Of a DNA stretch of 64,000 bases, positions 34,311 through 46,651 are shown piece after piece. Position 1 is the first letter of the stretch. The number at the start of each line of letters is the position of its first letter. Location: positions 1-64,000 of the forward strand of contig BAAIJX010000030.1 in assembly GCA_054600435.1 (NCBI GenBank). The letters are read 5' to 3'. The notes under the pieces are model-generated. The model saw nothing but the letters and a program-made list of their open reading frames with translations. It was not told the DNA's origin and ran no database searches. The DNA is from Neophaeotheca triangularis. Its lineage: Eukaryota. The position numbers and the translations under genes are program-made.

Positions 34311-36278
34311 TCACCCATCCACAACCTCATAAAATAGCAGATACACCTCCCTCTGCATCCCGAGCACCTCACTCGTCTTACTCTCCTTTACTTTATCGTC
34401 GCTAATTCGCCACCACCTATCGTGCACCTTTTTGTCGCGACGACTGCTCATGGCGCGGCTGAGATTTAAACTATCGCGCTTGCGGGTCTGTTGCGGCGGC
34501 GGCGGAGGAGGAGGCGTCTCGTTGATGGGCGTGCCTGCACGCTCGAGGGGAGGGGTCGGCAGACCTGGCGTGGGGATTGCGTCGAGGGGTGTCGAGGTGG
34601 CTGGAGGGGGGCGCCGACGATCTGAGGTTGTCGTTCGGACGGAGTGCGAGGAGGAGGTGGAAGCGGAGGGGGCTAGAGATGGCGAGGATTCTTGCTTGGA
34701 TAGGCTATCTGAAGGCGGGACGCGCTTCTCGACGGCGCTGAGGCGAGGGCTGGGCGCGGCGGATTCTCTTGGTGTTGCCGTTGGTGTTGGTCGGAGGCTG
34801 TAGACGCCTTCTGTGCCCATGCTGGTAGGTGTTGAAAAGGGTGGGTTCAGCACCTGTCGCCGGAAGCTCTCGTAATGCCCGCTGTTGTGTCCACCTTTGT
34901 GTGTGACCACACCGAGTAATCGGTAGTTCTTGCGGTCGAGCAGACCTCCCAGGGGCAGGTTCTCGGGGAAGGCCACCTTTGCCATGTTCTTCGCACTGCT
35001 ACTGGAAGAGTCCCATACCGAGCGGCTCAGATGGATGGCGAGTATCCGTGGGAATTTTGACATGCGCATATGTCGTGTGATACGTCGCTTTGGAACGGAA
35101 GACAGTTCTGGCAGTTTGACGCCCTCTGGCATACGTTCGGGATCCTCCCGTAATGCCGTCTCTATCTTCCCCTTGTCGGTTTCGAGCGAGGAGCGCTCGT
35201 CTTGCGATAAGCTCGTCTTGCTCAACTGGCGACCATTTACTTGCAAAGCGTGCTCGAGCCGACATCGATCGCATTTGAAATCATCAATGTGCTCAACCTT
35301 CAGCATGCCATCCAGGCATTGGTTTAATGTAGTGGAACCGCCTTGTTGCGGAACATGTAGAGTCAACGTAACGAAAGAAGAGGTCATCGGCCTAGGTTTG
35401 AAATGGCAGTATGAACATTCGACTTGAGACTCGAGGTTGCCTTCGAAAGGGAAATCCGGCGCTTCTTCCTCCGTCCCAATCGTCTCATCAGACCCCGAGG
35501 CGAAGTCACCCCTCGCGCTCCTTACTGAAGCATCGTCCGGAGAATCCATCTTGCTGTCTTTGACACTGCCATTCTCGAGGTGCTCGACAGACGCCAACCC
35601 GGCCGATGACTTTGGGGGTTTGATTGTTTCCTCACTCCGCTCGAGTTCGTCTTGGATGTCCGGTACTTGCAGTTTCGACTCGAGAGCTTGCTTTCGCCTG
35701 GCCCTCGCGCGCACACGTCTGCCAGCATGGTACTCATCCGCGATCCGCTCCGTCACTATCTGGAGAAACTCCTGCGCATCCTGCTGCTGCCTACTAACCC
35801 TAGTGCGGAACGCATCTTCCACGACTCGTATGAACAGTTGCGCAGAGATAGTCTTCTTGTAAATCGGTCTCTCGTTCAGCGCGTCCAGTATCTCTTTCAG
35901 CCCCGCCGTCACCTGCCCCCTCTGGAGACTTAGCAGCTTCCACTCCGGTGTTTTGGCACTATCCTTCTTAGCCTCAGCCTCCAGAGCAGCGCTAATGTCC
36001 CTATAGGTCTCCTCCCCGTCTAGACGGCGGCGGTGCAGCTCCCGTATCAAGTAGACCCTCAGCTCAGGAAGCCCCGCTAGCGCCTGGAGAACGCTGTTGA
36101 TGAAGCAATCATTCATGGGATTCGACAAGCCGACCACCCCCTTCTTCCTGCCGCTTTTGCTGGATTGTGCCGCCTCATCGTCGAGGAAGTACGTAGGGCC
36201 AAAGACGTAAACCAGGGTGATGGCGGCGAGCGAGGCTCCAGCGGCATAAGTCGCAATCGTCAAGGGTTTCTCGGGCAT
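34311..36278 (-). CDS. Ubiquitin-specific protease with an N-terminal membrane anchor (Ubp16/USP30-like), 655 aa
   Basis: TM segment YAAGASLAAITLVYVFG, Cys box GLSNPMNDCFINSVLQAL, QQDAQEFL, His box GVVTHKGGHNSGHY and WWRISD. Confidence 0.9.
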   Translation of the reverse strand: MPEKPLTIATYAAGASLAAITLVYVFGPTYFLDDEAAQSSKSGRKKGVVGLSNPMNDCFINSVLQALAGLPELRVYLIRELHRRRLDGEETYRDISAALEAEAKKDSAKTPEWKLLSLQRGQVTAGLKEILDALNERPIYKKTISAQLFIRVVEDAFRTRVSRQQQDAQEFLQIVTERIADEYHAGRRVRARARRKQALESKLQVPDIQDELERSEETIKPPKSSAGLASVEHLENGSVKDSKMDSPDDASVRSARGDFASGSDETIGTEEEAPDFPFEGNLESQVECSYCHFKPRPMTSSFVTLTLHVPQQGGSTTLNQCLDGMLKVEHIDDFKCDRCRLEHALQVNGRQLSKTSLSQDERSSLETDKGKIETALREDPERMPEGVKLPELSSVPKRRITRHMRMSKFPRILAIHLSRSVWDSSSSSAKNMAKVAFPENLPLGGLLDRKNYRLLGVVTHKGGHNSGHYESFRRQVLNPPFSTPTSMGTEGVYSLRPTPTATPRESAAPSPRLSAVEKRVPPSDSLSKQESSPSLAPSASTSSSHSVRTTTSDRRRPPPATSTPLDAIPTPGLPTPPLERAGTPINETPPPPPPPQQTRKRDSLNLSRAMSSRRDKKVHDRWWRISDDKVKESKTSEVLGMQREVYLLFYEVVDG

Positions 36279-36631
36279 GTTTCTTTCGACTGCGCCGGTG
36301 CCAGCAAAGGCTACGAGGGTTTTGTCGCCAGGAGCATGCCGCCGCGGATAGCCTTCTTGCGCTTTCGCCAGTGGAGCCTAGTAGTGGTCGAGGGGATGGT
36401 AAAAGCACGACTACGGTCGGAGAGATCCATGGCTCGAGACATTGGCGTAAGCCTTCACTTACATACTTACCTAACTGCACTAGTGCGTCAGTTCGGGCTA
36501 ATTTAGTAGGGCTTCGGCTTATCTGCATCAGAGAGCCAAGACTCGCTGTACCCGACTTGAACTTCAGCTCTGTGAACTTGGGGATAGCTTTGTCTGTAGA
36601 GGGCAGTCGGATATAACCACCACATACAACA

Positions 36632-37617
36632 ATGTCGTCGTCGCTGAGGCCCAGAGTGCTGCCGCAGTGCTCGAGCTGTTTGCGGAGCTATGCATTAGGA
36701 GGTCAGGCGGAAGGTAGCATGCGCGCTGGAGCCGTGACACAGCAAGTTAGGGGCAAGAAAAAGGTCGCCCACGCACCAAGCACTGTGCCTGTCAGGCTGC
36801 TCCGGGATGTCAAAGCATTCGGAAAGAAGGGTGAGGGCTTGTTCGTACATACGGATACTGTGGACATTGGACTAACGGGGAAAAAAAAGGCTCAATCGTG
36901 CCCATTGCCATCGGCAATATGCGCAACTCCTGGTTCCCACGACGGATAGCGGAATACGTAACGGTGCCCGAATTGCGGCAATTACGCCTCAAGAACACTT
37001 CAATGGAGCGCGATTTCGAATTCGGTACGATGGACCTCGCGAAATCTTCCTCCAAAGACCCTACCATCCCGAGCGACATCAAGGGCATGAGTACATCGGA
37101 AATTAGGGATGCTACGAGCAAGGAGATGAAGAAACCGCTGGAAATTGAGAAGCTGTCTCCGGAGAGGAGCGCGGAGCTCGTCGATATCTTTGTGCCACCG
37201 CGACTGGAGTTTTACAGGCAGCCAATCATTGAGGAGAAGGCGCCGGAGCCTGAACCGGAGCCCGAGCTGGAGCGGCCGAAGAGGGAGAGGCAGAAGTTTT
37301 TGTCGAATGCTGCTTCTGATTTGCTCGCGGCAAGGACGGTGGAGGACAAGCCTAAGAAGAGCAAGGCGGTTGAGGCGCCATCGATTTATGGTAGTGTGAG
37401 CTCTCACGATGTATTGGTGGCTGTGAGAGCGGCGATGGGCAACAACGACGAGTCTAGGCGTGTCGTTATTGAGGAAGAGGACTTGCGCTTCGTGGGTTTG
37501 ACCAGCGCGGAGGCTGGCAAGATCAAACATGTGGGCGAGTACGCGCTGGAGATCAATGTCAAGGGCGTGGAAAATGGCATCAAGAGGACTGTGAGAGTAA
37601 TTGCTCAGGAGCTGTAA
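36632..37617 (+). CDS. Mitochondrial ribosomal protein bL9m, 308 aa; exons 36632-36830 and 36890-37617
   Basis: Presequence-like N-terminus (QQVRGKKK), L9 N-domain VRLLRDVKAFGKKGSIVPIAIGNMRNSWFP, and C-domain IYGSVS...KIKHVGEY. Confidence 0.85.
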
Positions 37618-37899
37618 TTGTTGCGGCTCTGCGGTCCTGTTACGAATTGTATAGCTACCGAATGTAAATTGTACCCCTGTATACATCGTAACCCAAAGCG
37701 TTATTCCCTGCATCTTGTGGCAGCGTAGAGTGTGTTCGTGAATGAAAAGGGGCTCAAGAGTCTTGGCATTGTTTATTGGCTTCCTAAGTGCAGGCCACGA
37801 GCTTTTGCTTCCGGCGACCCAGGTCCGACAATACGCACCCGCCTTCTTTGCTCACATCCGCACTCCGAGTCGCTACGTGCCACACACCACCTCCAAACC

Positions 37900-39603
37900 A
37901 TGACGGATGATAGCGATAACCCACTCGCAGCAACAAATATGGCGTCCGGCAGAGACGTCTTCAGCAGCATGCCGAACGAACTGCTTCGCAACATCACCGA
38001 TAACCTGCCACTAGAAGAAGTTCTCAAAGTCCGCATGCTCTCCCGCGAGATCAACAGTTTTGTTTGCGCCACTCTCAAAGACGACGGCCTCCGCGTGTAC
38101 GTCACGCCCACCGCAAAATCACTCCAGCGCTTCCAAACCATCTGCGCCTCACCCGCGATCGCTTCAGGCTCGCTCAAGGATGCCGTCGGCGAGGTCGCAT
38201 ATCTCCAAGCGTACATGCCGGTTCGCCAGTTGTTGGATTACGATGCTGGCAAAAGCCTCATTACTCGCTACCGAGACACCGTCGAGCAAGCATCGCTACC
38301 AGCGCCACAGGAAGCGATGATCAACACCGCGTTCCATTTCTTCCGCAAATTGGTGCAAGAGGCGGTACAAGTCAAGCCCAACAGGTGTGGCCGACGCAGG
38401 GTGGAGGTCGAGGGCATTCTCGGCGATCATGAGGCATCCGACTGGGCACCGAAACCCTTGAAGTGGGAGCGACTGGCTGCTATGCCTGGTTCGTCGACTT
38501 CACTTCCGGTGATGACGACTTCGCCGTTGGATGTCAAGGATGTTCTGGCTAGTTGCTTCAGCAAGCTGCCCAATCTCACCAAGGCCATCATGGTTGACAC
38601 CATCGACTCTCCCGGACTGAACCCAGACGCGTTGTACTTCAGCAAGAGCTATGAGGGCAGAATATGCAAGCTCGAGAGAATGTCCGCCTACCAGAAGTCC
38701 ATCTATGAATTTGCCCTAGCAGTTGCGAGATTGAAAATGGAGCAGGGCGGAGTGCACAGCGTCTTCCTGGAAGCACTCACCGAGTCTGCCGAGTCTCTGC
38801 GTGAACTCGAATTCGACCAGCTTCTCGAGTGGCAGATCGAGCCAATGCAAGAGGGAGCCACTTTGCACTGCGGCACGGCCGAAAGCCTCAAAGCTCTCAT
38901 CCCCCGAGTGACGACGATGAAGATCCACACCAAGCCTGAGAAGACGGTCAACGGCAGCTCCATAGCGCGTTTCAATCTCGCGGAGAACGCTTCGTGGTGC
39001 AATGCCTTGCCCGCAGCCACAAACCTCCGGATTTTGGAGACTCGCGTTGACTCTGCTGTGTCATCTCTTCACGGCACCAGCCCCTTTCCCTCTCGCGGTC
39101 AGATGCCGGCTGTTGCCGATTTAATCCAGGCAGCGCTTCATATGAGATTCCCCAAGCTTGACACGTTGCGCATCCTCAGCACCAGGATTTCACCAGTTCC
39201 AATCTCGGCCATGTGGTTGCAATACTGTTTCTTGTTGCACTCTCGCCACCTCAAGCACGTCCATCTCGACGGGATCCGCATTCAAGACGAACCAGGCAAA
39301 TTTATCTCCAGCGAGTCAGTCAAGAAGACGCTAGGTGGAACGCTGAAAGTCCTGCGCGCCATTGAGACCTTCAAGCTTGTGATGCATGTCGGTGAAGAGA
39401 ATGGCTTCAACAAAGCTGAAATTGCAAAACTCGCCGAGGAGTTGAAGGTGGAATTGAAGGGAGAGTCGTACGATTTTGGAGAATTTGTGATGCGTAAGGC
39501 GCGGCTGGCGAGAGTTTACGGAGGCGGGAAATTTGTGAAGCGCAAGGAGCTGCTGGCTTCGATGCGCAAGGAGCTGCTGGCGAAGTATTACGGACTGAAG
39601 TGA
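37900..39603 (+). CDS. F-box-domain protein (567 aa), lineage-specific
   Basis: FSSMPNELLRNITDNLPLEEVLKVRMLSREIN F-box pattern followed by degenerate LRR-like segments; the C-terminus has a short tandem duplication (RKELLA x2, 39540-39581). Confidence 0.8.
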   Translation: MTDDSDNPLAATNMASGRDVFSSMPNELLRNITDNLPLEEVLKVRMLSREINSFVCATLKDDGLRVYVTPTAKSLQRFQTICASPAIASGSLKDAVGEVAYLQAYMPVRQLLDYDAGKSLITRYRDTVEQASLPAPQEAMINTAFHFFRKLVQEAVQVKPNRCGRRRVEVEGILGDHEASDWAPKPLKWERLAAMPGSSTSLPVMTTSPLDVKDVLASCFSKLPNLTKAIMVDTIDSPGLNPDALYFSKSYEGRICKLERMSAYQKSIYEFALAVARLKMEQGGVHSVFLEALTESAESLRELEFDQLLEWQIEPMQEGATLHCGTAESLKALIPRVTTMKIHTKPEKTVNGSSIARFNLAENASWCNALPAATNLRILETRVDSAVSSLHGTSPFPSRGQMPAVADLIQAALHMRFPKLDTLRILSTRISPVPISAMWLQYCFLLHSRHLKHVHLDGIRIQDEPGKFISSESVKKTLGGTLKVLRAIETFKLVMHVGEENGFNKAEIAKLAEELKVELKGESYDFGEFVMRKARLARVYGGGKFVKRKELLASMRKELLAKYYGLK

Positions 39604-39835
39604 AAGAGCCAGGAAATCCCACGAGCGGAGCTTTGACACCAGACGCACCGAGGTGGCCCGTCTGATAGCAGCAAGCAGAGAGAAGTTTCCGAGGTGGCAT
39701 GCGGTGTTCAAAGCGCGGAGAGACAGCAGATAGTAGTAAGCCGGAACAGAGGGTATGTCGGGCAAGCCAGTCGGTATCCAGAAGTTAACATCAGAAAGGT
39801 AGCACTCAATCAATCAATCAATCAATCAAGCCCAA

Positions 39836-40213
39836 TCAGGCACCCGCTCTATATCTTTCCCGTGCCTCTTGCAACAGCATCTCCTTCTTCTGCTCCATGT
39901 GTGCCTTGCGATGCTGATAGTACCAGTAAACGATGCCCGGCACCACGATGACTCCCGCTATCGTTTGAATCAGGAGGCTCCTGTCGTTCGCAGGCTTCCG
40001 TTGTTTCCCTTGTTGCGATACCTGGCCCGAGGCTGTTGGGCTTTGCGCTAAGTTTCTCGGTGGTTGCGGCGGTGCGGTGGGAACGTCCAGTGGCTCTTTG
40101 GTTGCTTGGGTTGTGTTGGATCGGACAGATGCCTGTATGGGAACCATCTGTAGACGAGTGCGGCTTGCTGACCGCCCGAGGGCTGAGTATGCGAAACGAG
40201 CAGGCGCCATCAT
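39836..40213 (-). CDS. Small single-pass membrane protein, probably mitochondrial (125 aa)
   Basis: Arg/Ser-rich, acid-free N-terminus; TM LLIQTIAGVIVVPGIVYWYY; charged C-tail; good start context (gacaATG). Confidence 0.65.
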   Translation of the reverse strand: MMAPARFAYSALGRSASRTRLQMVPIQASVRSNTTQATKEPLDVPTAPPQPPRNLAQSPTASGQVSQQGKQRKPANDRSLLIQTIAGVIVVPGIVYWYYQHRKAHMEQKKEMLLQEARERYRAGA

Positions 40214-40530
40214 TGTCGCAAGCTGTGAGTATATGTGAGAGTATGGGTGCTGAAGGTTGGGATAAAGGAATGTACTTGGGAAAGATTGCGGAGCCTCACA
40301 TGAAGTCGGAACATCTCGGCAAGACCTTCCGCTTGATGCACGAACAGTACCTTATTACTACGAAACTAACTAAAATCATGATAAGGAGGTACTAGTACGC
40401 TAATGATTGATGATCCTAATCGCGACATGAGGTCCATGTCATATCGGAACGAAGGAGTGTCTTACGGGGAATGTTCATTTCAAGAGCAATACTACGTTGA
40501 TCATCACGCAGTTCTCGTAACTGTCCTAGC

Positions 40531-42151
40531 CTACAACGACTCCCTCCCTTCAATCTCGAAGACGCAGCTCCCACTCCCCGGCTTGGAGACGACGACAGCC
40601 TGCTGCAGCTTCTCCTCGGTAATATCAGGGAACTTCTTCTTGTAATACTCGTCAACCCACTTCTGCTGAACCTTCTCCACCTTGTCCTCGGGCACGAGAT
40701 GCACGCTGCAGCCTCCCCAGCCAGCCCCCGTCAACCGACTTCCGTACGCGCCCGCAGATTTCGCCAACTGACACAACTCATCGAGCTCGGGGCATGAGCA
40801 CTCATAAATCTCCCTGCAAGAATCCTGCGTGTCGTCCATAAGACCGCCGAGACTCTTCAGCAGCTCTGTTTCCTTATCTGGCGGCGGCGCGGGCTGCGAC
40901 AGCAAGTCCATGAACTTGAGCACGCGAATGGCCTCGCCAAACACGTGCAGAGCCCGCTGTCGGATCATAAACTTCTCCGCTCGCACCGGGATCGTCATGA
41001 ACTTGTCCTCGATCTCCTTGACGCTCATGCCTAGTATTTCCGACAGCTGGTCACGTGTGTAGCCCTCTTCTTGAGGCAGGTAATGGTCGACTTTGGCAAC
41101 CAGATCCTCGAGCTGCTTCTGGAACTGCTCGATCGAGACTTTGTGGTTGTTCTCCACGCCTTCCTTTTGCTCGAAATAGGCATCTTGGAAGCCTCGCAGA
41201 CTGACGCCCAGCGGCCCGGCATCCTTGGGCAGCTCCTTGAGGCCGAAAATCTTGGCTAGTACTTGCGCTGCCAAAGAGCACTCGACCACTCGTAAATTGT
41301 AGCAGACTGGTCCCGTGACGTGCTTGTCCGCTGCGACGTAGGACTGGGCAATCACAAAGGTCAAGGGGCTCTTGAGTTCCGGGAACTTGATGTCCTTGGT
41401 CGACAGCTCCGGAACAAACGACACATAGAGCGCGGATCCTTGCAGGGGGAAAACGGAAGCAGCCTGGTCCATGCCGCCAGAGTTGACACCGACGGCTCGT
41501 TCGGAGACAATCGCGACCTCGGTCAGTTCCTTCTTGTTGATCTTTTTCTCGCCGTTTGCCCTCATCACGGCCAGAGCACTCGAACAGACGAAAGCAGCAC
41601 TGCTGCTCAGCCCTCCTCCCGCCGGCACAGTGCCATCTGCCAATATATCCATGCCAACCGAGCATTTGAAGTCCTTCTGCTTTCGCCTGAGCAGCTCCGT
41701 TGCGCCTCTAAGGCCAGATTTGAAGTAGTTCGTCCAGTCGTGCTCGGAAGCGTCGATCTCGACATCGCCGCTTTCAGGGATCTCGAGCTCTTTGCTTGGG
41801 AACTTTTGTGGTGCTACGTTTTGCAGACGAATCTTGCTAGGGCCGGATGCCTGTTTGTGGACAGAAACGGCGAGGAGAACGTCGGCTTCGATGGCCATGG
41901 GAATGACTTCGTAGAGGGAATAGTCAATGTGCTGGGGACTCGTCAGCTTTGTAATTCGCCGATTGTTTGGTTTGACTACCTACCTCGCCTATGATGTTGA
42001 CTCTACCGGGACTCCTGGAGACGAAATCCGAAGGCTTGCCATAAGTCTCTTTGAACGTTTGGAGAAGGTTGTTCCATCTCGGAGTTTGAGTTTTGAGCGC
42101 ATCCTCTGGGTATGTCTCTGCGAGCGAGTTCTTCGTAGGGACTTCCTCCAT
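40531..42151 (-). CDS. GAL1: Galactokinase, 522 aa; exons 42151-41984 and 41931-40531
   Basis: RSPGRVNIIGEHIDY, GHMP motif VPAGGGLSSSAA, GVNSGGMDQAAS, YNLRVVEC and GSRLTGAGWGG. Confidence 0.96.
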
Positions 42152-42916
42152 TCTTGCGGTCGTCTGTTAGAGACTGGGCAATCGGATGTGTAGCAATTCG
42201 CGTAAGACTTGAGAGTGGTGCCGAGTCTCGATGGCGATTTCCAGCAGTCGCAAATAGATTTTGGGGCACGACCGGGATGAGATGCGAAAGATAGGGTATT
42301 GAATTGTTCTTCACATCGAGGTACCTCTTAAGTTATCTTAAACGATCGGCATCAAAGCAGCTTTTGGCTATGATGTCTTTCTTTACCCCACATCCACATG
42401 CCACCTTTAAAGTGGAGGAGCATTTGCTGATCGGGAAGTGGACAACTCCTCTGCAACACCAATAGTCATGCTCGTCGGATCGCAACGAGGGCTTTCCGCG
42501 GTGTCTTCCGCTACCATATGGCGAGTCTCCGAAAGCGCTGGGAAGTGTAGGATCATTGGGATGTGGTTCACTTTAGTTGACAAGACTGGTGCGAAGACCG
42601 CATCCATGAAGGAATTCCTTCCGAATGATGAGCCTCATGTTTGGCAGGTACTGCTCCTGAGAACGGAAGGTCGGCTAGATGAGGCGTAAGGTTTCCGGTG
42701 GTCAATCAATCATGGCCGACATTTAGCACGAGGTCGAAAGCGAAGTAACCCTCTATCGCAATCTCCGAGCCCATCGAATTGTTGGCTCGATACTGTTAGC
42801 AAGCCGTACCCAGATGCAAGCAAACCACATCGTGGGCACTCAGGAACCGATCAAAGACACGACATTCACGACCGGGCCCTGGACGAGTCGAGTATCTAGT
42901 ACTCTTGCAACAAATC

Positions 42917-44173
42917 ATGGCAGAACAATCCCTACGCCAGCGCGCGGGGGCGCTCATGGACACCACGCCTCTGATTGATGGCCACAATGACCTGCCTTGG
43001 CAGCTCCGCATGCAGTTTCAGAACCAGATCGTAGTCAACAACAAGGCCAAAGCTTTCCGGGAAGGCCTGGACACGTTCCACACCGACCTGGCGAAATTAA
43101 GGCGTTCCAAACTTGGAGGCCAGTTCTGGAGTGTTTACGTTGGCTGTGGGCCGGAGAATGACAATTGGGAGGATGATCAGGTGAGTTTGCAAGGTGCTGC
43201 TGGGACTGCAAAGGGTCGTGATTAATGAAGTTTTGACAAAGCATGCTGTTCGAGACACCCTCGAGCAGATCGACATTATCAAGAGGCTGATAGTGGAAAA
43301 TGACGAAGTGAGCATTACACCCCATTATTCGTATGTAAGTTCTTCGTGGAATTGACCTCTGAATTATTCCGACAGCTCGAATACTGCACGACACCGGACG
43401 CAGTCACGAAAGCGTTCAAGGGCCATCGTATCGCTTCAATGTTGGGCGCAGAAGGCCTCCACCAAGCAGGAGGCTCGATTGGAGTGATCCGTCAGCTTTT
43501 TGAGCTAGGAGTGAGATACATCACTCTGACCCACAACGCCAATAATGCCTTCGCTACTTGCCACATGACCAAGGCCGAAGACATAGGCTTGACCGAGCTA
43601 GGAGTTGCCGGCGTCAAGGAGATGAACCGATTAGGTATGTTGGTCGACCTCAGCCACGTCTCTGTCAAGACCATGGACGACACGCTCGACACCACTCGCA
43701 GTCCAGTCATCTTTAGTCACTCCGGAGCAAGGGGTTTGAGCGAGCACTCGCGAAACGTACCAGACCGCGTACTTGAGCGTGTGAAACAAAATAGGGGTAT
43801 CGTGATGGTGCCTTTCGTCCGAAGGTTCATCAAAGCAGACAATCCGGACATCGTCGCTGTCGATCACGTTGCCGATCACATCTTCCACGTTGCTAAAGTG
43901 TGCGGATGGGACCATGTGGGCGTCGGCGCCGACTTTGACGGCGTCAAGGACTTGCCCATTGGCATGGACGACGTTTCGTGCTATCCTGATTTGATTGAGA
44001 CAGTGCTCTCGAGGGGTGTTACGGATGAGCAGGTTAAGAAGCTCATGGGGGAGAATATCTTGAGGGTTTGGAGGGAGGTTGAACTAGTGGCGGAGAGTCT
44101 GGCCAAACAGGGAGAGAAGCCGTGGGTGACCAATGCGCCAGGAAGGACGTGGGCTTGGCCTGAGCATCTTTAG
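42917..44173 (+). CDS. Membrane-dipeptidase family (M19) protein, probably cytosolic, 375 aa; exons 42917-43180, 43242-43307, 43376-44173
   Basis: PLIDGHNDLPW, GGQFWSVY, GAEGLH, LGVRYITLTHN, EMNRLGMLVDLSH, FSHS, RNVPD and HVGVGADFDG. Confidence 0.92.
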
Positions 44174-44501
44174 TTAGGGAACATCTGATTGTGGGCAATA
44201 CCGTTTTTCGAGGACGTCGCTGCCGGGTCCAGCTCAGGCGGGCCAGAAGAATGTGCTGCAGTAGAAAGATCGAGAACAGACCAATAAATGTAGGCATTGA
44301 TCTGTCCCCTGTCAATCGACAAATAGGTAGATTTGAGGGCAGAAAGAAAGGAATCGCGGTTATGTTGGACACTGCGACAGCCCTGTCTGTAGCTATATGT
44401 CTTGGCACGAGCTTTTAGCGCGAACTTGCCTAAACGCGTCTTCCATCTCGCAGACTTCAAGTTGGTTGTACTGTCATTAATCGCAATCGCAAACAGCAAC
44501 G

Positions 44502-46533
44502 ATGCCACCCTTTCGCGATGACCAGATCCTCGTAAGTCAAGACCCTGTACAACCTCCAGCATCGACCACGGCTCACTAATCATGCGGCGCAGATCATTGC
44601 GCCTGGATCGCACACTACCCTCGCGCAGCTCGGGCTGCCCGAGTCCTTCACGCCCGCGCGCTACAAGATCCGATCGCGCATGTTCCACGCCGAAAAGAGC
44701 GACGAGTACGAGCCGGTGAAGATCCGGCGCAAGGAAAAGAACCCGGAGCAGCAAAACGGCTCCACGGACCCTGCCGAGTCTTCGAAACCCGAGCCTAACG
44801 ACGAGCTCGAATGGGAGGAGGATCGCATATCGGAGGAAGGCGCGGTGTGGCCGATCAAGGACGGGCAGATTGTCAACTGGAACTGCTTCTACGCGCTCAT
44901 GACCCATGTCTACAACACCGTCAACCCGCCCTTTCACACGCCGGTATTGCTGATCTCCGAGCCTGTCTGGACGCCCAAGGAGCATGAGCGGGTTACGCAG
45001 TTTTTCTTTGAGAAGTTCAAGATACCAGCTTTTGGCATGATGGACTCGGCCATGGCTGCTGTGTACGCGTATGGGGTCCCGACTGCGACGGTCGTGGATG
45101 TGGGCTTCACCAAGGCTGACATTACGTGTGTTACGGACTTTGTGCTGCAGAATGTGGGCAGAGGACTGGCTGTGCCGGATTGTGGAGGTGAGGCGTTGAC
45201 GGAGAGGCTGGTGGAGTTGTTGGGGAAGAGGAAAGGGTTTACGCGAGATGTCTGTGAGCAGCTCAAGAGGAGCAACATCTGCGAAATCCTGAGCGCGGAC
45301 GATGAGATGCCCACTGCTGAAGGCGCTGAGGCCCCTGCTAATCCAGCATCAAAGGCGACAACGGGGGCAGAGGGACCTGGTGCGACTCGAAGGGAAAGCC
45401 ACCAAGCCGGCCTCGAGCAACCTCGAGGTCCAGGCGCTGACACGGAAGCTGGGGATGAGCAGCAGCTCGAGGATGAAGAAGGCGTGCTAGACATTGCGAG
45501 CATTGTGACTGGTGGTAACATGAGCGAATATTTAGCGCAAAAGGAGCGAGAGAAGGCAGAGAAGGCAGCGGCTAGGCAGCAGAAGAAGGGCGCTGACGCG
45601 AATGCTGCGGGCGGTCCTAAGCCAGTGAGGCTACCAAACGCTAAGCGCACACGAAACACATTCATGTACGAAGACTTTGCTCTTCACGACGCGATGAAGG
45701 CGGCGGGTATGGGTAACCAAGGCATGGCTGACATGCAGTCTGCGCTCGAGGAAGGGCCAAACAAGCGGCAACGCACCCCCGAACCTCAGTCTGCCGTTTC
45801 GGATAAGCCTGCTGATGCTGGCGTGCCGACGCAGGTGGAAGGTGAAGCAGAGGTTGCGCCACAGCATACTCCATCCACTGGCGGAATCCTTCGACGTGAG
45901 ATCGAGGTCGGCCCAGAACGCTTCCAAGCAGCTTCAGGAGGCATTCTCGACTCTCTTGCCGACGCCATCCACTTCACAGTACAGTCATGCCCGGAATTGA
46001 GCAAACGCAGCGAGCTCTGGGACAACCTCGTCTTCCTCGGCAACGGCTCCCGGGTCCGTGGCTTCAAGGATGCGCTGCTACAGCGTTTGCAGGCCAAGTA
46101 CCTCATCTCCCCATCGTCGGCCACAATCTTCACCTCGGAGCTTCCCTCCAACCTCAGCACGCCCATGGGCACCGGGGCGCAGACTCCGCAACAACAAATG
46201 CCCGGCCAGCAGCCTCAACACGGGGGCGTCAACCCTCTACTCCTCGCCGCTACAACGGCGCAGAACCCCCACCTCAACCCGGGTCAACAGGCAATGTACG
46301 CAGCACATTCCAGCAGTGGGCACGGGCAGACACCTACCTCGATGAAGGTCACGAAGATCCCAGACTACTTCCCCGAGTGGAAAGAGCTCGGCTACGACGA
46401 AGCGCACTTCTTGGGAGCGCAAGTGGCCGCAAAAGTTTTGTTCGTGGTAGACGGTGGTGGAAGCAAAGGTTTCATGACGCGGACCGACTACAACGAGCAA
46501 GGGCCACGTGGAGTGCATGAGGTTGCGCTTTAG
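44502..46533 (+). CDS. ARP9: Actin-related protein 9 (RSC/SWI-SNF), 656 aa; exons 44502-44531 and 44593-46533
   Basis: MPPFRDDQILIIAPGSHTTLAQLGLPESFTPARY, actin-fold motifs (WPIKDGQIVNW, TQFFFEKF, VVDVG), LWDNLVFLGNGS and KIPDYFPEWK. Confidence 0.88.
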
Positions 46534-46651
46534 AATGGTGATTGAGATACCCGCTGATAGCCATATGAGAGACGGAGAGAGAGAGAGAGAGAGAGAAATA
46601 AATGGGAATGGTGGATTTCAATGGCTGCTATTCGACGCTAGTGAAAATCCG

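Noticed and set aside
36463..36472. ATACTTACCT, the U1 snRNA 5' end (similar words near 2702 and on the minus strand at 4712)
   Set aside because: No U1 loop I (GATCACGAAG), loop II (ATTGCAC) or Sm site follows; it is simply the complement of a splice donor.
40531..44173. GAL cluster or epipolythiodioxopiperazine cluster (GliJ-like dipeptidase)
   Set aside because: No GAL7/GAL10, NRPS, P450 or GST nearby; the neighbours are housekeeping genes.
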